Notes: a model not told the origin generated them from the letters alone. 64,000 nucleotides of DNA from Planktothrix sp. GU0601_MAG3 (GCA_035193785.1 CP136572.1:2292578-2356577), one strand, 5' to 3'; numbered from the stretch's first letter, positions 1 through 12,765 are shown. Translations and numbers: made by a program.

Positions 1-2048
1 AAGGGATTGCCCGGATCGGGTGCTGGCTCTGGAACAGAAACAGCATCTATTCCAAAAGGAGTGTCGATGATACCATTATTCACGAGGGATAACCCGCTGC
101 TGGTATCATCTGTATCTTCCATGTCTTCTATATCTTCTGCATTTTCAGTGTCTTCTGCATCTTCTTGAGTGGCATCCAATTTTGAATCCTCAGAAGCGGA
201 AGACGAAGACGGGGACGGGGACGGGGAAGAATTCTGGCCAGCTTGTTCATAAATGGCCGAACCCAAAGCATACAACATTTCTTGGAACGATTCCACCTGT
301 TGTTTCATCTCCTCATAGGAGATCTCGGCATTCGCCACCGCTTTTTTCAAGGAGGCAGCTTCCTGACGGACTCGTTCTTTGAGTTGATCGCTAATCCGGT
401 TAGCATTTCCTTTCAGGGCTTCTTTACAATTATAGAATAGGGTTTCGGACTGATTTTTCAGATCCGCAACTAAACGCCGTTTTTCATCTTCATCGGCATA
501 AACTTCTGCTTCTTGACGCATCCGTTCAATTTCCGCTTCGGTCAACCCTCCCGTATTACTAATTTCAATACTTTGTTCCTGTCCCGTGCCCTTATCCTGA
601 GCCGAAACTTTGAGAATACCATTGGCATCGAGATCAAAGGCGACTTCAATTTGAGGAATACCCCGTTTAGCTGGAGGAATACCACTGAGAAGGAACTTAC
701 CTAAACTTTTATTATCCTTTGCCATGGCCCGTTCTCCCTGGAGAACATGAATTTCCACGGAGGACTGGCCGTCAACGGCCGTAGAAAACATTTGAGACCG
801 ACTCGTGGGAATAGTAGTATTGCGTTCAATAATTTTAGTTGAGACTCCCCCGAGGGTTTCTAAACCTAAAGATAAGGGAGTAATATCTAATAACAATAAA
901 TCCTTCACTTCCCCAGCTAAGACCCCGGCTTGGATGGCGGCACCTAAAGCCACCGCTTCATCGGGGTTGACGGAACGATCTGGAGTGCGACCGCCAAAAT
1001 AATCACTAATGGCCTGTTGTACCGCCGGAATTCGGGTAGACCCCCCGACTAAAATAATCCGATTAATCTGATTTGGTTGTAAACTTGCATCCTTGATGGC
1101 TTGGGCGACGGGTTCAATTGTGCTATCTACGAGATGTTTCACCAACCCCTCAAACTCACCGCGAGTTAGTTCCAGTTCCAAGTGTTTCGGCCCAGAATCA
1201 TCGGAGACAATAAAGGGTAAATTAATGGAAGTGGTGTTGCGATTAGATAACTCAATTTTGGCTTTTTCGGCGGCTTCGCGTAACCTTTGCACCGCCATTT
1301 TTTCCGATGATAGGTTAATTCCTTCCTGGGTTTTGAATTTTTGGATCATCCATTGCACGAGACAGTTATCAAAATCATCCCCACCCAGATGATTATTTCC
1401 CGCCGTTGATTTGACTTCAAAAATCCCGTCTCCGAGTTGCAAAATGGAGACATCAAAAGTTCCGCCCCCGAGGTCAAATACCAAAATTTTCTGTTCTTGA
1501 TCTTGTTTATCTAACCCATAGGAGAGAGCCGCCGCCGTGGGTTCATTGATAATCCGCAGTACGTCTAACCCGGCAATGGTTCCGCCGTCCTTGGTGGCCT
1601 GTCTTTGAGCATCGGTAAAATAGGCGGGAACCGTAATTACTGCTTGGGTGACGGTTTCCCCCAAATAGGCTTCTGCATCTTCTTTGAGCTTTTGCAAGAC
1701 CATGGCCGAGATTTCTTGGGGGGTATAAACTTGGTCGCGAATTTTCACATTCACGGTATTGTCCTTACCCTTCTCGCAGTTATAGGGAACCCGGGAGCGT
1801 TCTTCTTCGGTATCTTCCCAGCGACGCCCGATAAATCGCTTAATACTGTAGACGGTATTTTCCGCATTGGTAACAACTTGTCGCTTGCCTAATTGACCGA
1901 CGAGGCGATCGCCATATTTGCCAAATCCCACAATACTAGGAGTCGTTCGTCCTCCCTCGGAGTTAGAAATTACAATGGGTTGACCCCCTTCCAAGACCGC
2001 CACACAACTATTTGTTGTCCCCAAGTCTATGCCAATGACTTTTCCCAT
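1..2048 (-). CDS. dnaK: Hsp70 chaperone DnaK, 3' end runs off the window, with a Ser/Pro and acidic C-terminal tail
   Basis: Manual translation from ATG at 2048 gives [38 protein letters not shown]. The same frame reads [39 protein letters not shown] near 230-110. It is absent from the ORF track because there is no stop in the window. It lies downstream of grpE. Confidence 0.97.
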   Translation of the reverse strand, partial: MGKVIGIDLGTTNSCVAVLEGGQPIVISNSEGGRTTPSIVGFGKYGDRLVGQLGKRQVVTNAENTVYSIKRFIGRRWEDTEEERSRVPYNCEKGKDNTVNVKIRDQVYTPQEISAMVLQKLKEDAEAYLGETVTQAVITVPAYFTDAQRQATKDGGTIAGLDVLRIINEPTAAALSYGLDKQDQEQKILVFDLGGGTFDVSILQLGDGIFEVKSTAGNNHLGGDDFDNCLVQWMIQKFKTQEGINLSSEKMAVQRLREAAEKAKIELSNRNTTSINLPFIVSDDSGPKHLELELTRGEFEGLVKHLVDSTIEPVAQAIKDASLQPNQINRIILVGGSTRIPAVQQAISDYFGGRTPDRSVNPDEAVALGAAIQAGVLAGEVKDLLLLDITPLSLGLETLGGVSTKIIERNTTIPTSRSQMFSTAVDGQSSVEIHVLQGERAMAKDNKSLGKFLLSGIPPAKRGIPQIEVAFDLDANGILKVSAQDKGTGQEQSIEISNTGGLTEAEIERMRQEAEVYADEDEKRRLVADLKNQSETLFYNCKEALKGNANRISDQLKERVRQEAASLKKAVANAEISYEEMKQQVESFQEMLYALGSAIYEQAGQNSSPSPSPSSSSASEDSKLDATQEDAEDTENAEDIEDMEDTDDTSSGLSLVNNGIIDTPFGIDAVSVPEPAPDPGNP

Positions 2049-2056
2049 AACTCCTC

Positions 2057-2310
2057 TTATCAGTTATCAGTTATCAGTTATCAGTTATCAGTCGATAGTT
2101 AATAGTTATCAGTTAATAGTTATCAGTTAATAGTTATCAGTTGTCCGTTAAAAATTATTTTCAGTTATCAGTTATCAGTTATTATCGGTAAACAGTGATC
2201 AGTCAAGAACTATTATCGATCAATAACTAGATATCGACTGATAACTATTAACTATTAACTATCGACTGACAACTATTAACTGATAACTGATAACTGACAA
2301 CTGACAACTG
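2057..2310. repeat. Heptamer short tandem repeats (TTATCAG)n followed by inverted copies (CTGATAA/CTGACAA)n
   Basis: Directly visible in the grpE-dnaK spacer. The two arms are roughly complementary (STRR-type repeat). Confidence 0.9.
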
Positions 2311-2311
2311 A

Positions 2312-3056
2312 TTAAGGGGTTTCTGCTTCTGCCGTCGATGCTTCTGTCGAATCGGAAGCACCGGGTTCTGGAGCGGTTGCTACCTTCACCATGGCATGAC
2401 GTAACACCTTTTCTCCCAATTGATAACCGTGCATTAAATCCTCAATCACCGTTCCTTCCGGGTAGGCATCCGTAGGTTTCTCGCATCACCGCTTCATGTA
2501 AACTCGGGTCAAAAGGCTCGCCTTCTGGACGCATTACCGCTACCCCAAGTTGTTTGAGGGAATCTACCATTAACTTATAAACCCCCTGGTAACTTTTGTG
2601 GATATTCATTTCCGCATCCGTCTGGGGTTTAATTTGAGATCTAGCCCGATCAAAGTTATCCACCACGGGGAGTAAAGCCTTCAGGGTTGACCCTTTAATG
2701 GAAATTTCTAAATCTTCTTTTTCCTTTTGAGTCCGTTTGCGGAAGTTCTCAAAATCTGCGGCTAAACGGCGATATTGCCCCGTGACGTCTTCTAGTTGAG
2801 CTTTCAAGGAAGTATTGGCCTCTGCTAAGGCCATGAATTCTTGATGAAGGCCCTCCCCGCTTGATTCTATTTCCTGACCAAAGGTGGTTTCGGGGGGAAC
2901 AGTCGCATCCGTTGCCACGGAAGTGTCAGAGGCTGATTCTGTCGCCGTTGTAGCATCATCTTCAAGATCGCCAAAGCTTTTCGCTTCCGATTCGGAGGTT
3001 GAATAGGATTGACCCGTTAGTTCATCAGGAGTATTAGCCGTTGAATTAGGCACCAT
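2312..3056 (-). CDS. grpE: Nucleotide exchange factor GrpE (one +1 break at GTTTC 2476)
   Basis: [12 protein letters not shown] and [11 protein letters not shown] motifs. Removing one base gives [36 protein letters not shown]...ETP* with TAA at 2312-2314. The start could be further upstream (3134). Confidence 0.95.
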
Positions 3057-3261
3057 AATCGTACATTGTCCTTGTTGATCACAAAAAATCCAGCGAGATT
3101 TCCTAAACCTGCAAGATATTAGGAGCGACCTCACCCTTTATGACTGTAAACGTTACTTCAAAAATTTTAACTGAATCGGAGTCATTCATCCCACCTCAGA
3201 GGGAACACCGCAACACCACAACGGGTAAGTACCTAAACAAAATTAATTACAAATCCTCTAT

Positions 3262-3325
3262 CGGTGTTCCCAGATCCGGTGTTCCCAGATTTGGCATTCC
3301 CAGATCCGGTGTTCCCAGATCCGGT
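3262..3325. repeat. Four tandem copies of the 15-mer CGGTGTTCCCAGATC
   Basis: Units at 3262, 3277, 3292 (variant) and 3307. Confidence 0.9.
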
Positions 3326-3393
3326 TTAATTAATATTAAACGAGATTGCGAAATGCCCGATCAAATGTTATCTTAATGAAAGATGATTAATAT

Positions 3394-4185
3394 ATGGCAG
3401 CAATGTTCAACGTTCTCAAGGTAAGATTATATCCAAACAGAGAACAGGAGGTGGCTCTAGCTAAAAACTTTGGCTGCTGTCGTTTTGTTTGGAATTATTA
3501 CCTAGAGAAGACTAACAATCAGTATAAGGAAACAGGAGCCGGGTTGAATTATTGCGAGATGGCTGCATATTTAACCCAACTTAAAAAGTTACCTGATTAC
3601 TTATTTCTACAGGAAGCTACTGCTGCTATATTACATCAATCATTAAAGAATTTAGAATCGGCTTTCCAGAACTTCTACCAAAAAAAAGCCAGATTTCCTA
3701 AATTCAAAAGCAAGCATAAAAAACAATCAATTCGTTATCCCGAAAGTTTTTCAATCAAAGGAAACGGCGTAAAATTTCCCAAACTAGGGATTATTAAAGC
3801 CAGCATCCCCAAAATAATTAGCAGCAAAATAAAATCTGTTACCGTTTCAAAAACAAGTACAGATAAATATTTTGCTGGTATTTTATTTGAAACTGATGAT
3901 TTAACCCTTGGTAAAACAGGGAAAATCTCAGGAATTGATTTAGGGTTAACGAGTTTATTAACAGTGTTTGATGGTGAAACTTGTATAAAAGTTGATCCGA
4001 TTAAACCCACTAGAAAATATGCCCAGCGACTGAGAAAGAGACAACAATCATTATCACGAAAAACCACAGGTTCTAACAACCGCAAAAAGCAAGTTAAAAG
4101 AGTTGCTAAGGTTCACGAAAAGATAGCAAATACTAGGCAAGACTTCGGTGCTTGCACTAAAAAGCATTCTTCCGTGAAACAATAA
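3394..4185 (+). pseudogene. tnpB: IS200/IS605-family TnpB with an internal deletion
   Basis: HTH (KVRLYPNREQ...FGCCRFVWN) and RuvC-I GIDLG are present. After ANTRQDF the sequence jumps to the element tail, so RuvC-II, the Zn finger and RuvC-III are missing. A right-end hairpin ending GTGTCAA follows at about 4186-4224. Confidence 0.85.
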
Positions 4186-4388
4186 TCCCCCGTCGATCGC
4201 CTGAGTTTGACGGTGGAGTGTCAACATCAATATAGATTATGGATAAATTAATCAACTTCAGGAGATAGAATCCGTGTTAAAACCCAGATAAATCGCAGAT
4301 GAAAGCGGTGATATTCTGGAGACTTGGCTCTTAGATGGGTCTGAGAATCGGCTAGAAAATTTAAAAATATATACCTTAAGTCTAGGCT

Positions 4389-6393
4389 ATGACCAATACA
4401 TCCCAAAGACGCGCCTTGGTTGTTCAAAGTAATACTCCCTTTGGCAACAAATTAATTCAATCTGGCTATATTAATCCTGAGCAACTTCAGCAGGCCCTAA
4501 AAGCTGCCCGTCCCGGTCAGCCCCTGACGGAAATTTTGGAATCAATCACCGGCCAACCTCTGCCCCCAGAGTTAGCCCGTCAGTACAAAAAACAACAGTT
4601 ATTTGAACTGAGAATTGTTTATGGCGTCGAGGCCTATGATCCTGAAATTGAACCGATGACGACGGAAGAACTCGAAGTCATGCTGAAATTTCTGGAGACG
4701 GGTTTAGAAACCTGTAAACGCCATCGCTTCATTCCCCTACGCAAAGTCGAAAACGACCCCTCCTCGGTTTTGATTGCGATGGTTGACCCGGATAACCTCA
4801 CGGCGTTGGAGGAGTTAAGAAACCAAATCCTGCGACCCAAAGCCCTGAAATTACAACGGCGGGTGATTACCCATGAAGATTACGATCAAATCATTTCCGC
4901 CTACAGTAATGAAGATGTTAAACGCAAAGCCATCGAAGCTGCCATTCGCGACAAAGAGAAATTAGAATTCACCGCCGGGGATTTTGATACAACTGACCTC
5001 GAAGATGTGGGGGATGAAGGCGGTGGGATGGATTTGGCCGACGAAATCCAAGAATCTGAAACCGCCCCGGTGATTAAAGCGGTGAACGTAATTCTAGCTA
5101 AAGCCCTTTCGGAAGGAGTGTCCGATATTCACGTTGAGCCCCAAGAACATGAGATGCGGATTCGGATGCGTCGAGATGGGGTTTTAGAGGAATATTATAA
5201 ATTTCCGAAAAAGGTGATTCCCGCCATTACCTCCCGGTTTAAGATTCTAGCGGAAATGGATATCGCCGAACGCCGTCAAGCCCAGGATGGCCGGATTCGT
5301 AGGAAGTTTCCGAGGACGGACGGTGGATTTCCGCGTCAATAGTCTCCCCAGTCGGTATGGGGAAAAAATTGTTTTGCGGATTTTGGATAGTTCCTCCACC
5401 CAATTAGGGTTAGATAAATTAATTACCGATCAAGAAACCTTAGCCTTAGTTCGGGAAACCGCTTCTCGACCCTTTGGGTTGATTTTAGTTACCGGGCCAA
5501 CGGGTTCGGGAAAATCCACCTCTTTGTATTCGGTTTTAGCCGAACGCAACGATCCAGCGATTAATATTAGTACGGCCGAAGACCCAATTGAATATGCCTT
5601 ACCCGGAATTACCCAGTGTCAGGTAATTCGAGAGAAAAATTTAACCTTCGCTAATATTTTACGGGCGTTCTTACGACAAGATCCCGATGTATTGCTAGTG
5701 GGGGAAACCCGGGATTTAGAAACGGCCAAGACTTCTATCGAAGCCGCCTTAACCGGACACTTAGTTTTAACTACTTTACATACTAACGACGCGGCCGGGG
5801 CGATCGCCCGTTTAGATGAAATGGGGGTAGAACCTTTCATGGTGTCAGCCGCCCTCTTAGGGATTCTCGCCCAACGTCTGATGCGTCGGGTTTGTGGCGA
5901 GTGTCGGGTTCCCTATACCCCCACGGTGGAAGAACTAGGTCGCTATGGACTGTCCGCTTCCCAAGAAATCGATATTACCTTCTATAAAGCCAATACCATT
6001 CCTCCTGAACAACGGAAGCACCCGACGGATGGGGGTCAGTTGTGCAAAAAATGTAATGGACTGGGTTACAAAGGTCGGGTGGGGGTCTACGAATTCCTGA
6101 AGGTGACGGAAAGACTGCAAACCCTCATTACTAAAGGTGCCCCCACGGAACAAATTAAGGAAGCAGCCGTGGAAGAAGGGATGAAAACCATCTTGGCCTA
6201 CAGTTTACAGCTAGTCCGCGAAGGCTATACCACCTTTGAAGAAGTGGAACGGGTGACGTTTACCGATTCGGGTTTGGAGGCTGAACTCAAAGCCAAACGG
6301 AAACAGGGCTTAACCTGTAAGAGTTGTGAAGCGGAATTGAAACCGGAATGGTTAGATTGTCCCTATTGCATGACCCCACGCTTTACCAGCTAA
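4389..6393 (+). CDS. pilB: Type IV pilus assembly ATPase PilB (one +1 break at GTTTC 5306)
   Basis: SDIHVEP, GPTGSGKS, LRQDPDVLLVGE and TLHTND motifs, plus a C-terminal CxxC...CPYC extension. The repaired junction reads RRKFRGRTVDFRV. Confidence 0.96.
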
Positions 6394-6558
6394 ACACGGG
6401 GGGAAAATTGCTATTTTCCAAAGGTTTCCTGTGGGGTTTGGGTGCTCACTAAAACACTACTATTGGGAATACTAGGAGAAATTCTTAATTTTCAGAGGTC
6501 TTGGGGTAATACTCCCAGCCGATCAAATCGTTACAACTTAATTTAGAGGAGAACAATA

Positions 6559-7660
6559 ATGGGATTAATGATTGAAGACGCTTTAGAGTCTTTAGTCGAG
6601 CAGGGTGGGTCTGATATTCATATTCAAGCAGGCGCACCTATCTTTTTCCGAATTAGTGGGAAACTGACCCCTCAGCCTCAATTTGGAGAAACCCTATCGG
6701 CAGAGGAAGTACAATCTCTCATCTATCAAATGCTGAATAATATGCAGCGCAAGCAGTTAGAGCAGGAGTGGGAATTGGACTGTGCCTATGGGGTACGGGG
6801 ACTGGCGCGGTTTCGGGTGAATGTCTATCGGGAACGGGGATGCTGGGCCGCTTGTTTACGGGCCTTGGCTTCTAAAATTCCCAATGCGGATAAATTAGGG
6901 GTTCCGCAAGTGATTCGGGATATGACCGAACGCCCTCGGGGTATGGTGTTGGTAACGGGTCAAACGGGTTCGGGTAAAACCACAACCATGGCGGCTTTGT
7001 TAGACTTAATTAATCGGACTCGCTCGGAGCACGTCCTGACGGTAGAAGATCCGATTGAATATGTGTTTCCCAATATTAAAAGTTTATTCCACCAACGGCA
7101 GAAGGGAGAAGACACTAAGAGTTTTGCCAATGCTTTAAAAGCGGCATTACGCGAAGACCCCGATATTATTCTGGTGGGGGAAATGCGGGATTTAGAAACT
7201 ATTGGTCTGGCGATTTCTGCGGCTGAAACTGGTCACTTAGTCTTTGGAAACCCTGCACACCAACTCGGCGGCGGCGACGGTAGACCGGATGTTAGACGTA
7301 TTCCCGCCTATCCAACAACCTCAAGTCCGATCTCAATTATCGGGTTCACTGGTTGGGGTTTGTAGTCAAAACTTAGTTCCCGCCATTGGGGGTGGTCGTC
7401 GGGCTTGCATCGAAATTATGATGAATACTCCGGCTATGGCTAACCTAATTCGGGAGGGAAAAACCGCTCAAATTTATTCCCAAATTCAAATGGGAGGAAA
7501 GTTGGGAATGCAAACGATGGAAATGGCTTTAGCAAAACTCTATACCGAGGGTCAAGTGACTTGGGAAGCGGCGATGAGTAAATCGTCTAAACCTGATGAA
7601 TTGGAACGTTTAATTGGCCCGGCTCCCTCGGCGACTAAGGGACAAAAAGCCAGAGCTTAA
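6559..7660 (+). CDS. pilT: Type IV pilus retraction ATPase PilT (one +1 break at GAAAC 7247)
   Basis: GQTGSGKT, ALREDPDIILVGEMRD and NLIRE motifs. The repaired junction reads HLVFGTLHTNS. Confidence 0.96.
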
Positions 7661-7673
7661 TCAGTCATCCGTT

Positions 7674-7735
7674 GTCGGGGCGGGTTTATCGAGATGCGCG
7701 GTAATTAACAAAGATCTAAAAAAACCCGCCCGTAC
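7674..7735. repeat. REP-like inverted repeat GTCGGGGCGGGTTT...AAACCCGCCCGTAC between pilT and pilC
   Basis: Complementary arms. Related copies occur at 59109-59400. Confidence 0.75.
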
Positions 7736-7780
7736 CAGTAATAAGTAAAAAGTTAATTAATACTGAATAGGTAAAAATAT

Positions 7781-8915
7781 ATGGCAGGTAGTGTAGTTCG
7801 GAGTCAAGTCAGAAATCGGGGTTTCGACTTTAAACGAATCGAAGAAACTATTAGTATTGCTCTCGCAAGTATTACCATTAAAGACTTAGCAATTTTTGCT
7901 CGTCAGTTTGCTTCAATGTTTAACGCCGGAATTTCGATGGCCAGATGTTTGAGTGTATTATGTGATCAATGTAGTAATGCGAAGTTAAAAAATGCCTTAA
8001 CTTTTATTCGGGCTGATGTGGAAGAAGGGGTAGAACTTTCTGTGGCCATGAGGAAATTTCCCGATATTTTTGATCAGCTTTTTATTAGTATGGTATCGGC
8101 GGGAGAAACTGGGGGGGTATTAGATGAAGTCTTAGAAAGACTGGCGGTAATGATGGAAAAAAACCACAAAACTAACGCCGAAATTGCTTCGGCTATGTCC
8201 TATCCCAAAACCGTAGGCTTTATTGCCATTGCCATCTTTTTTGGGATGACAACATTTTTACTCCCCACCTTTGCGAAAGTGTTTCAGGATATTGGGGCAA
8301 CACTGCCAGTATTTACCCAGATTATGCTCAATATTAGTTCCTTTTGTAGAACTTGGCCACCGATTCCCCAGGGTATTGTGATCGGGACTTTGGTAGGATT
8401 ATTAACGATTTATAAAATCATTTATAAAACTCCTGCGGGCAGAATGTTTTTTGATAAGCTATTTCTGAAGTTACCAATTTTTGGAAACCTGATTCAAATT
8501 TCTGCTGTAGCTCGGTTTTGTACAATTTTTGGCAGTTTAACCCGATCTGGGGTTCCAATTATGAACTCTCTGCAAATTGTGGAAGAAGTGGCAGGAAATG
8601 CGGCGATCGCTTTATGTATTGCCAATGCCAGAGATTCTATTCAACAAGGGGGTTTAATTAGTTTAGCCTTACAGGAAGGAAATGTATTTCCCGGGCTGGC
8701 AATTCAAATGATTGCTATTGGGGAAGAATCGGGGGAATTGGATAAAATGTTAATGAAAGTCGGGGCGTTCTATGAAACGGAAGTGGAAGAAGCCGTAAAA
8801 GGACTTACCAGTATGTTAGAAACCTCTGATGATTGTGATGGTGGCCGGAATTGTCGGTTCGATTTTATTATCTATGTATTTGCCCATGTTTTCAGTGTTT
8901 GAAAAAATGGGTTGA
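7781..8915 (+). CDS. pilC: Type IV pilus platform protein PilC (T2SS F family; +1 break at GAAAC 8819)
   Basis: GETGGVLDEVL and GEESGELDKML motifs. The repaired C-terminus reads MLEPLMIVMVAGIVGSILLSMYLPMFSVFEKMG*. Confidence 0.95.
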
Positions 8916-8949
8916 ACACCTTTCAAGGGAATACCAAAGGGGAGCACGA

Positions 8950-9268
8950 GGAGCAGGGGAGGCAGGGGAGGCAGGGGAGGCAGGGCAGGGCTGTTTCATT
9001 CTTTGTAGGGGCAATCCCCCCGTGGTTGCCCCAATCCCTGAAACGCCTGCAAATCTTGGATGGGGAGGGTAGGCACGGGGGCACTACCCCTACAAAACCC
9101 TGGTTTCCCTGAGAATGAAACAGCCCTGGGAGGCAGGGGAGGCAGGGGAGGCAGGGGAGGCAGGGGAGGTAAACTTTTGCTATTACCCATTCGTAATTCG
9201 TAATTCGTAATTCGTAATTCCCTATTCCCCATTCGTAATTCGTAATTCGTAATTCGTAATTCGTAATT
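8950..9268. repeat. Repeat cluster: (GGCAGGGGA)n 9-mers, a GTAG-type REP pair (9004-9093) and (CGTAATT)n heptamers
   Basis: Directly visible tandem and inverted units in the spacer downstream of pilC. Confidence 0.9.
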
Positions 9269-9285
9269 AATTTTTTATCCAGGTT

Positions 9286-9894
9286 ATGTCTATTCAAAAG
9301 TCTCATTATGAAGCGTTGCTGGCAGAATATAGTAATTCGGAAGCTGTAATTACTTTACTCAAGCAACATCGTCCTTATTTTGAAATGGTTCCGAGTATTC
9401 GCCGTTCTGATGATAGTGTGATTACGATTCCCTTACCGATTGTGCGTTTGCGTCATGGCGTTTCCTATTCGGGGGTACCGGGAATTAGTATTAAACCCGG
9501 CGACGCCTTGGGTTTGCCCTGTGATATTGGGATTCTGATGTGTGACCCAGAATGGAAAGTTAAAATTGGGCCGGAAATTTTTGTTTTTATTCATCGTCCC
9601 CAAGAAGAATTATCGGATTTATTAAGACGCTGGCGATTAACTCAAGTTCTATTAGATCAAGATTATGAATGGATTATGCCTCACCATTATAAATATATTG
9701 ATTCCCAAGAGGCGGAGGATCTTTATCCTTTATTTGTTTTATTTCCCGAGACATCGGAATCAATTAAACGCGGATTAATTGGGGCTAATTTACCATTTAT
9801 TATCCACCCCTTGGAGGAGATAATTGATAATTATGAATACCCGGATTTTGATGCCATCCCATTAGAAGAATATCAAGAATTTGGTGGCGAATGA
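9286..9894 (+). CDS. Hypothetical protein (202 aa)
   Basis: Clean ORF with protein-like composition downstream of pilC. No motif recognised. Confidence 0.8.
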   Translation: MSIQKSHYEALLAEYSNSEAVITLLKQHRPYFEMVPSIRRSDDSVITIPLPIVRLRHGVSYSGVPGISIKPGDALGLPCDIGILMCDPEWKVKIGPEIFVFIHRPQEELSDLLRRWRLTQVLLDQDYEWIMPHHYKYIDSQEAEDLYPLFVLFPETSESIKRGLIGANLPFIIHPLEEIIDNYEYPDFDAIPLEEYQEFGGE

Positions 9895-10499
9895 GGAGTG
9901 GCTATACTCAATCCGGTTTCCTGTTTATAACGTCGGGGGTTTCTTTCTCCGGGGCGGCTTTGTTTCCTGTACCAGCGATACCATTCTCCAGAAATCCGAA
10001 TCGAAAGCCATAGTAATAATAATGCAATTAATCCCCCCTGTTGAGGGGCATCGAAGGCAAAAATCACCAAGAAAACACAAAGAATATCCTGTCCTAAAAT
10101 TACCCATAGGGGCAAACCGCGCAGGCGATAAAATAATCCCGTTTGAACTAATTGTAAAACCAGGGCTAGTAAACCACTAATAATTGCAATAATCCAATAT
10201 AAGCTAGGTTCGAGGTTAGTGACTTTGGCGAGTGCTAAACCCAAAATAGCGCCAACAAAAGGACTAAATAGTAATTGTATTAATTGTAAAATTCGCTGTC
10301 CCAGTAGTTTTTTAGATGCGAAAATTTCAAATAATGACCAACTAACCAGAACCCCGACAACGACCTGTGGAGAAAATTTGGACAGAAACGGTACACTCGA
10401 CCATAAATCATTTCGCAATAAACCAATGACCAGCAAAGGTAAAGCAATTCTTAATCCCGCCGCCGCCGATGCTGATAGCACCGCTAGAAGTTCAATCAT
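9873..10499 (-). CDS. DUF4126-like membrane protein
   Basis: N-terminus LSASAAAGLRIALPLL and several transmembrane segments. Confidence 0.8.
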   Translation of the reverse strand: MIELLAVLSASAAAGLRIALPLLVIGLLRNDLWSSVPFLSKFSPQVVVGVLVSWSLFEIFASKKLLGQRILQLIQLLFSPFVGAILGLALAKVTNLEPSLYWIIAIISGLLALVLQLVQTGLFYRLRGLPLWVILGQDILCVFLVIFAFDAPQQGGLIALLLLWLSIRISGEWYRWYRKQSRPGERNPRRYKQETGLSIATPHSPPNS

Positions 10500-10766
10500 A
10501 AATCAAAGTGAGGAACGGAGTATTTGATACCGAAAATTAAATAGGGGGTCTGAGTCTGGTTTAAAGGGTGATCTTATATTCTATATATTAATTATAATTT
10601 TGTTAAAAATGGGGATTTTATTCCCTCTATTTAATAAATTAAGTTTCTCTGTCAAGTTTTCTCTGTTTATAAAATGGGTTAATTCTATTATGACATATCT
10701 ATTATAACTGGGAACTTTTCAAGTTATTAAAGGTCTATAAAGTTTGGAGAAAATAGCACTAAAATA

Positions 10767-12765
10767 ATGCCAAAATTCCTGATTGGTTTAATCGTTAGTA
10801 TCATTTCTTTAAATTCTAGTGTATCTCTTGCCTTAGCAAACCCTCCTAGAATTGATCAAAAAGTAGAATGTGATCTATTAGTGGTTGGGGGCGGACTGGC
10901 GGGAAGTGCGGCGGCCCATGAAGGGTTACTGGCGGGAAAAACCGTTTGTTTAACCGAAATTACCGACTGGGTGGGGGGACAAATTTCTGCCCAGGGAAAC
11001 CTCCGCCCTCGATGAAAGACCGACCCAAAGATCCCTTTTATTTTATCCGAGAGGGTATTTAGAATTAAGGGCGGAAATTGAAAAAAAATATGGAATGCTT
11101 AACCCCGGGGCTTGTTGGGTAAGTGAGGCTTGTTTTATGCCAAAAGCTGGGCATGAAATTTTATTAAAAATGTTTAAAAAAGCTGAAAAGAAAGGTAAAG
11201 GAAAATTGCATTGGTTTCCTAATACTGTGATTAAAGATATGGCAATTAATCATAATCAAATCACCGAAGCGATCGCAATTCAATATAGTTCTGCCCCCGG
11301 ACAACCTCAATTAAATACAAAACCTTTATCTGCGATTATTGAGGATGCTTATGAATATGAAAACTCCCCACAATTACATAAAACAATTATTAGATTTATT
11401 CCTAAAGTCAAAGCTAATCAAGGAGCAGATTGGTATATTATTGAAGCGACAGAAACCGGAGAAATTATTGGTTTCACAAATGTTCCTTATCAACTGGGAA
11501 TTGATCCCCGTTCTCCTCAAGAACCCACCGCATCTAGTATTACAAAAGATCCCTATTGTACTCAAGGATTTACCTATACTTTTGCTATGGAGGCGACCAA
11601 AAATCCCCAAATCCATGAAAAACCTTCATTTTATGAACAATATGCTCCCTATTATAGTTATGAATTATTCCGATTAGCTAACTTTAATTTAGTTTATACC
11701 TATCGGCGGATTCATAGTATGAAACCCAAGGAAAAACGGTCACTAAATCCCAGGGACTGGCCGATTTATCCTGGGGATATTGCTATGCAGAATTGGACTT
11801 GGGGAAATGATTATCGACCCGGAACCTCGGCGGATAATTTGATTTTAACCCCCTCTCAATTAGAAGCAACGGGTCAACTAGAACCCGGCGGATGGAAAGG
11901 CGGGTTAAGAACGGAAACCTTACGAAAAGGTGAGGAAAATGCCCAAGGGTTTTTCTATTGGTTAGTAGCAGGAACTACCGACTCCCAACTGGGTGAAGGT
12001 GTTAAACAAAAATATCCTAATTATCGCTATTTATCCGGTTTAAACTCTCCCATGGGAACCGTTCATGGGTTATCTAAATATCCCTATATTCGAGAAGGTA
12101 GAAGAATAATTGGTCGCCCTTCTTATGGTCAAAAATATGGATTTATGGTGACAGAAATTGATATTTCTCAAAATAACTTCCGTCAAGATTGGTATACCAA
12201 TAATTTAACTCCCGAAGCCTATAGACTGTTATGGTTAGAGTTGGGAAAATTAGACAGTTTACCTGTGCTTTCTGGAGAAAAAACCATTGCAGAAATTCAA
12301 CCCCGTTCTCGGGCTACAATTTATCCTGATACCGTGGGAATTGGTCATTATGCGATTGATTTTCACCCCTGTTTAACCCTAAGTCCGGCGGAAACTCCAG
12401 GAAATACGGAACGGGAAGGAGAACGTCGCGGACAAGGGGAAGCTTATCCGTTTCAAATCCCATTAAGAGCTATGATTCCGCAAAAAATTGATAATCTATT
12501 AGTAGCGGGAAAAAGTATCGCTACCAGTCATATTGCGGCGGCGGCTTATCGGGTTCATTCCTTTGAATGGTCGGTGGGGGCGGCGGCGGGAACTACCGCA
12601 GCATTTAGCTTGAAAACCGAGATTTTTCCCTATCAATTAGTGGATGATTTACCCTATCGGGAACCAATATTAGAGGAGTTACAACGGTTATTAGAAAGCA
12701 ATAAGAATCCGATTTTATTCCCAGAAACATCAATTTTTAATCAGTCTTGGGAAGATTGGAAATAA
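10767..12765 (+). CDS. Secreted FAD-dependent oxidoreductase (+1 break at GAAAC 10996)
   Basis: Signal peptide, VVGGGLAGSAAA Rossmann motif, PYIREGRR and NLLVAGKSI. The repaired junction reads AQGTSALDERPTQ. Confidence 0.88.

Noticed and set aside
182..2102. Plus-strand ORFs in the track
   Set aside because: They are antisense shadows of dnaK.
2057..3325. Tandem repeats as a possible CRISPR array
   Set aside because: Units are 7-15 bp with no unique spacers, and no cas genes are present. No CRISPR array was seen anywhere in the window.
3057..3390. CIRCE heat-shock operator upstream of grpE-dnaK
   Set aside because: I could not find TTAGCACTC-N9-GAGTGCTAA.
6310..6393. Cys-rich C-terminal extension of PilB as a novelty
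   Set aside because: It is a known feature of cyanobacterial PilB1 proteins.
8851..9306. Several short ORFs with PCLPCL, GRQGRQ or NYELRIT repeats
   Set aside because: They are translations of tandem repeat DNA.
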